A stretch of DNA of 19,550 nucleotides from a virus (Duplodnaviria > Heunggongvirae > Uroviricota > Caudoviricetes), in the IMG/VR virus record IMGVR_UViG_2529292888_000015; one strand, 5' to 3'. The position numbers and the translations under genes are program-made. How positions within the stretch are numbered: the first letter of the stretch is position 1; each line of letters opens with the position of its first letter. Under the pieces are notes generated by a model, which ran no database searches, was not told where the DNA came from, and saw nothing but the letters and a program-made list of their open reading frames with translations. Of this stretch, positions 17,019-19,550 are shown piece after piece.

Positions 17019-17975
17019 TTATTTTTGAATTGATTTAAACATCCCATCGAGTTGTAATTTATTTATGTCGGTTTTCTTTATGGCTTTAATTAAGTTTTCA
17101 ATAACTTCCAAAGAAAAAATTACATCTTTCTTTTCAATTCTAACCCCCCCGTGGTGGCTGCAAGCATTAAGGATGTCCTTTGTAATTTCAACATCATTTT
17201 TCATTAATGGTTCATAGTCCAGAGCCTCAATAACAGAAACTAAACTACCTAGCATTTGCTCTTGGTATTGAACGTTGTTTAAATGCATTATACGAATATT
17301 AACAAGCATGAGAATATATTCTAAATATCTCCTGGCAGTATTTCCTTTCTCTTGTAAAGAATCACGATCATATTCCTCAATACTCATGACTTCATTATGT
17401 AAAGAGGCTATTTTGTGCTCTGCTAATGAAATATTTATCGCATCCATGAGGTTTCGTGAGAAGCCTGTAGATGTAACATGACCATTTGCGGGCCTTGTTA
17501 AAATACATGTAGTATAGCAATTTATATTTGGGGTCTGGATTGTCTCATTTACTCTTTTAACCGTTCTATAAACGTCTACCATATAAGAACCTGAGTTTTC
17601 AAATGAACATGAAGAGCATTTTGTATTATATATTCTATTTAGAGATAACTGATTGTGATAGTATCCCTTTAAGAAAGCATATATAGTGTCATTAAACTCG
17701 ACAAACACAACGGACTCAATATATATATGGAATTTATCATTGGGGTGCCACTCTAATTCAAGTCTTCTTGTAGAGTCATCAAAGGAAAAGTTTGAAATAA
17801 AATCCCAGTTACCTAAATCTATAAAATCAACGATATTTCTACCTGCACCATGGATATTTTTATTTATTAAAGTTGTGATTGAGTTTTTTATAATGTCCCA
17901 ATCATGAATTTCATGATCGAATTTATTATTGATGGTTTCTTTTATTTGATTGGAAAAGTTTGAATAACTAGTCAC
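17019..17975 (-). CDS. Hypothetical protein (318 aa), AT-rich cargo gene between primase and attR; function unknown
   Basis: Long uninterrupted ORF in a very AT-rich block flanked by AT-rich non-coding DNA (16920..17018 and 17976..18505); no motif recognisable by eye. Confidence 0.6.
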   Translation of the reverse strand: MTSYSNFSNQIKETINNKFDHEIHDWDIIKNSITTLINKNIHGAGRNIVDFIDLGNWDFISNFSFDDSTRRLELEWHPNDKFHIYIESVVFVEFNDTIYAFLKGYYHNQLSLNRIYNTKCSSCSFENSGSYMVDVYRTVKRVNETIQTPNINCYTTCILTRPANGHVTSTGFSRNLMDAINISLAEHKIASLHNEVMSIEEYDRDSLQEKGNTARRYLEYILMLVNIRIMHLNNVQYQEQMLGSLVSVIEALDYEPLMKNDVEITKDILNACSHHGGVRIEKKDVIFSLEVIENLIKAIKKTDINKLQLDGMFKSIQK

Positions 17976-18505
17976 TTGTTAGCCTCAAAATTAATAATGA
18001 GTATTAAAATTTAATTGATATTGTCTATAAAATGTAGCGATGCAATTTTATTGCAACGAAATGATTTTTACAACATACCATTATCGCTAAACAAAATCGC
18101 ACCCATCAAATCAACTTACGTTACAATCACTACAAAGCGATTGCATTTAAATTCAAAACAGTTTTCTGTTGGGCGCATTTTTTGTTGTACTGGACTAAAG
18201 AGAAAAAATGGGGTAAGGAACAAATACCTTCCGTGCTCAAAAATTAGGTTTTTATGCACTTATTAATCAGTCAAGGTGAACAGTAAAGTGTTCACTTCTT
18301 ATCAATCGTTAATTTCATATCTTTTTGAATATTAATGAAAAAAAACACAATGAGTAGTATGAACAGTTTTCCCCCAAAAAAAGTTTTTTCTGCCTTGAGA
18401 ATGCGCGGAAAGCGAACGCCTTCACCAATGTGTATAGGGGTGTGTGTAGTTTAAATCTTCTATTTTAATTTATGTATTAAAATCATTGTGTTGGTGGCGA
18501 TTATT

Positions 18506-18524
18506 GGTTCCTATTATCGCACCA
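18506..18524 (+). repeat. Degenerate direct repeat of the tRNA-Thr 3' end; candidate attR of the P4-like element
   Basis: ggttcctattatcgcacca versus ggttcgactcctattatcggcacca at 5692..5716: shared ggttc, cctattatcg and cacca in order, with two small gaps. Confidence 0.45.
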
Positions 18525-18650
18525 TTTAAATCAAGTAGTTACCCCATATTTAAATACACCACGTTTCCTCCTGTGCCGCATTTGTGCCATTGTAACCCTG
18601 GCAATTAATCAAAATACTGTTCTGACATCAGGCAATGCAGGTGCAGACAT

Positions 18651-19550
18651 TTAAGCCAATTGCTGCCGCCATTCCTTAACGTGGTCAATCAGAGCGCGGA
18701 GCTTTGGTGCAATATTGCGACGCTGTGGGAAATACAGATAGAAGCCCGGAAATTGTGGAAGAAAGTCATCAAGCAGAGATACAAGCTTACCGCTTTCAAT
18801 ATACGGCCTGAAAGTTTCCTGAGTGGCAATTGTTATTCCTCCGCCGGCAAGAGCCAGCCTCAACATCAGACGCAGATCATTAGTCGTAATCTGCGGTTCA
18901 ATCGCAAGGTCGAAAGCTCTCCCGTTTTCTTCAAATGGCCAGCGATAAGGCGCAACCTCCGGGGACTGACGCCAGCCGATACACTTATGATTCACAAGTT
19001 CACGCGGATGAACAGGTGTGCTGTTGGCTGCGAGATAGGAGGGAGAGGCAACGACCATTTCACGCTGCCTGCCGGTAAGGGGCACAGCAATCATGTCTTT
19101 TTCAATGACCTCTCCGAGCCTTACGCCAGCATCGTAACCTGCGGCCACGATATCGAATTCCTCATCCGTGACAACAATATCAAGCGTAACGGCTGGATTG
19201 GCTGCTGCAAACGAAGCGATTAGCGGACCTGAAAGAAATTCTTCAGCTATTGACGTCACCGCGATTCTGAGAAGTCCGCGTGGCACATGGTCAGAAACCA
19301 TCTCTTCGAACGCTGCCTCAATACCGGATAAAGGTAATGACAGCGATTTATGCAGCCGTTCTCCCGCTTCTGTCAAATTAACTGAGCGCGTGGTCCGCAT
19401 TACAAGCATTGTCCCGAATGCATCTTCAAGGCGTCTTATTCCCTGACTGACCGCTGAACGGGTAACGCCCAGCCGTGCGGCGGCTTTACTAAAATTACTC
19501 TCTTCTGCTACCGCGATAAAAATGGGTAAAAGATTAAGATCGATTTTCAT
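18651..19550 (-). CDS. LysR-family transcriptional regulator (LTTR); start codon at the last bases of the window
   Basis: N-terminal HTH (FSKAAARLGVTRSAVSQGIRRLEDAFGTMLVMRTTRSVNLTEAG) and a ~200-aa LysR substrate-binding domain; GC content like the surrounding host-like DNA. Confidence 0.85.
   Translation of the reverse strand: MKIDLNLLPIFIAVAEESNFSKAAARLGVTRSAVSQGIRRLEDAFGTMLVMRTTRSVNLTEAGERLHKSLSLPLSGIEAAFEEMVSDHVPRGLLRIAVTSIAEEFLSGPLIASFAAANPAVTLDIVVTDEEFDIVAAGYDAGVRLGEVIEKDMIAVPLTGRQREMVVASPSYLAANSTPVHPRELVNHKCIGWRQSPEVAPYRWPFEENGRAFDLAIEPQITTNDLRLMLRLALAGGGITIATQETFRPYIESGKLVSLLDDFLPQFPGFYLYFPQRRNIAPKLRALIDHVKEWRQQLA

Larger units (their letters stand above)
5671..18524. mobile_element. 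P4-like phage satellite / integrative element (~12.8 kb): attL, int, cargo operon, delta/psu/sid, ori-like iterons, alpA, small ORFs, alpha primase, second cargo gene, attR-like repeat
   Basis: Gene content and order follow integrated P4, bounded by the tRNA-Thr 3' fragment and a degenerate copy of its last 19 nt at 18506..18524. Confidence 0.7.

Noticed and set aside
18660-19446. Plus-strand ORFs opposite the LysR regulator (18660..19223, 19168..19446)
   Set aside because: Shadow ORFs of the LysR gene, whose HTH and substrate-binding domains are clearly recognisable.

Overview
This window reads as an Enterobacteriaceae (E. coli-like) accessory region made of at least three juxtaposed horizontally acquired modules plus one flanking regulator. 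(1) 1..3590: the right end of a tailed prophage, with an invertible tail-fibre host-range switch (52-bp perfect inverted repeats, two alternative fibre tips each with a Tfa chaperone), a Pin/Gin/Hin serine invertase, a GIY-YIG nuclease moron where e14 carries mcrA, and a 3' fragment of tRNA-Ser(CGA) as the att remnant. (2) 3591..5670: an AT-rich islet with an orphan AraC-family regulator abutted by an IS2-like transposase remnant. (3) 5671..18524: a roughly 12.8-kb P4-like satellite bounded by a tRNA-Thr(CGU) 3' fragment and a degenerate copy of its last 19 nt. It carries a P4-type integrase, an Ogr/Delta, Psu-like and Sid-like late operon, iteron-like repeats, AlpA, three coupled small ORFs and an alpha-type primase/helicase. 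(4) 18651..19550: a LysR-family regulator. The main hunt result is a very AT-rich operon (7064..10340) in the satellite's int-to-psu cargo slot: an Mrr-like PD-(D/E)xK nuclease, a small helical protein and an SMC/Rad50-like ABC ATPase with a coiled coil and central CxxC. This matches Lamassu (LmuA-LmuC-LmuB / DdmABC) architecture, but the nuclease and ATPase are each split across ORFs by frameshifts at poly-A runs and one in-frame TAA, so it is either decayed, mis-sequenced or genuinely multi-subunit. A second AT-rich cargo gene (17019..17975) sits between the primase and the right att copy. All homology calls are from reading the translations and from memory of family motifs; no database search was run.
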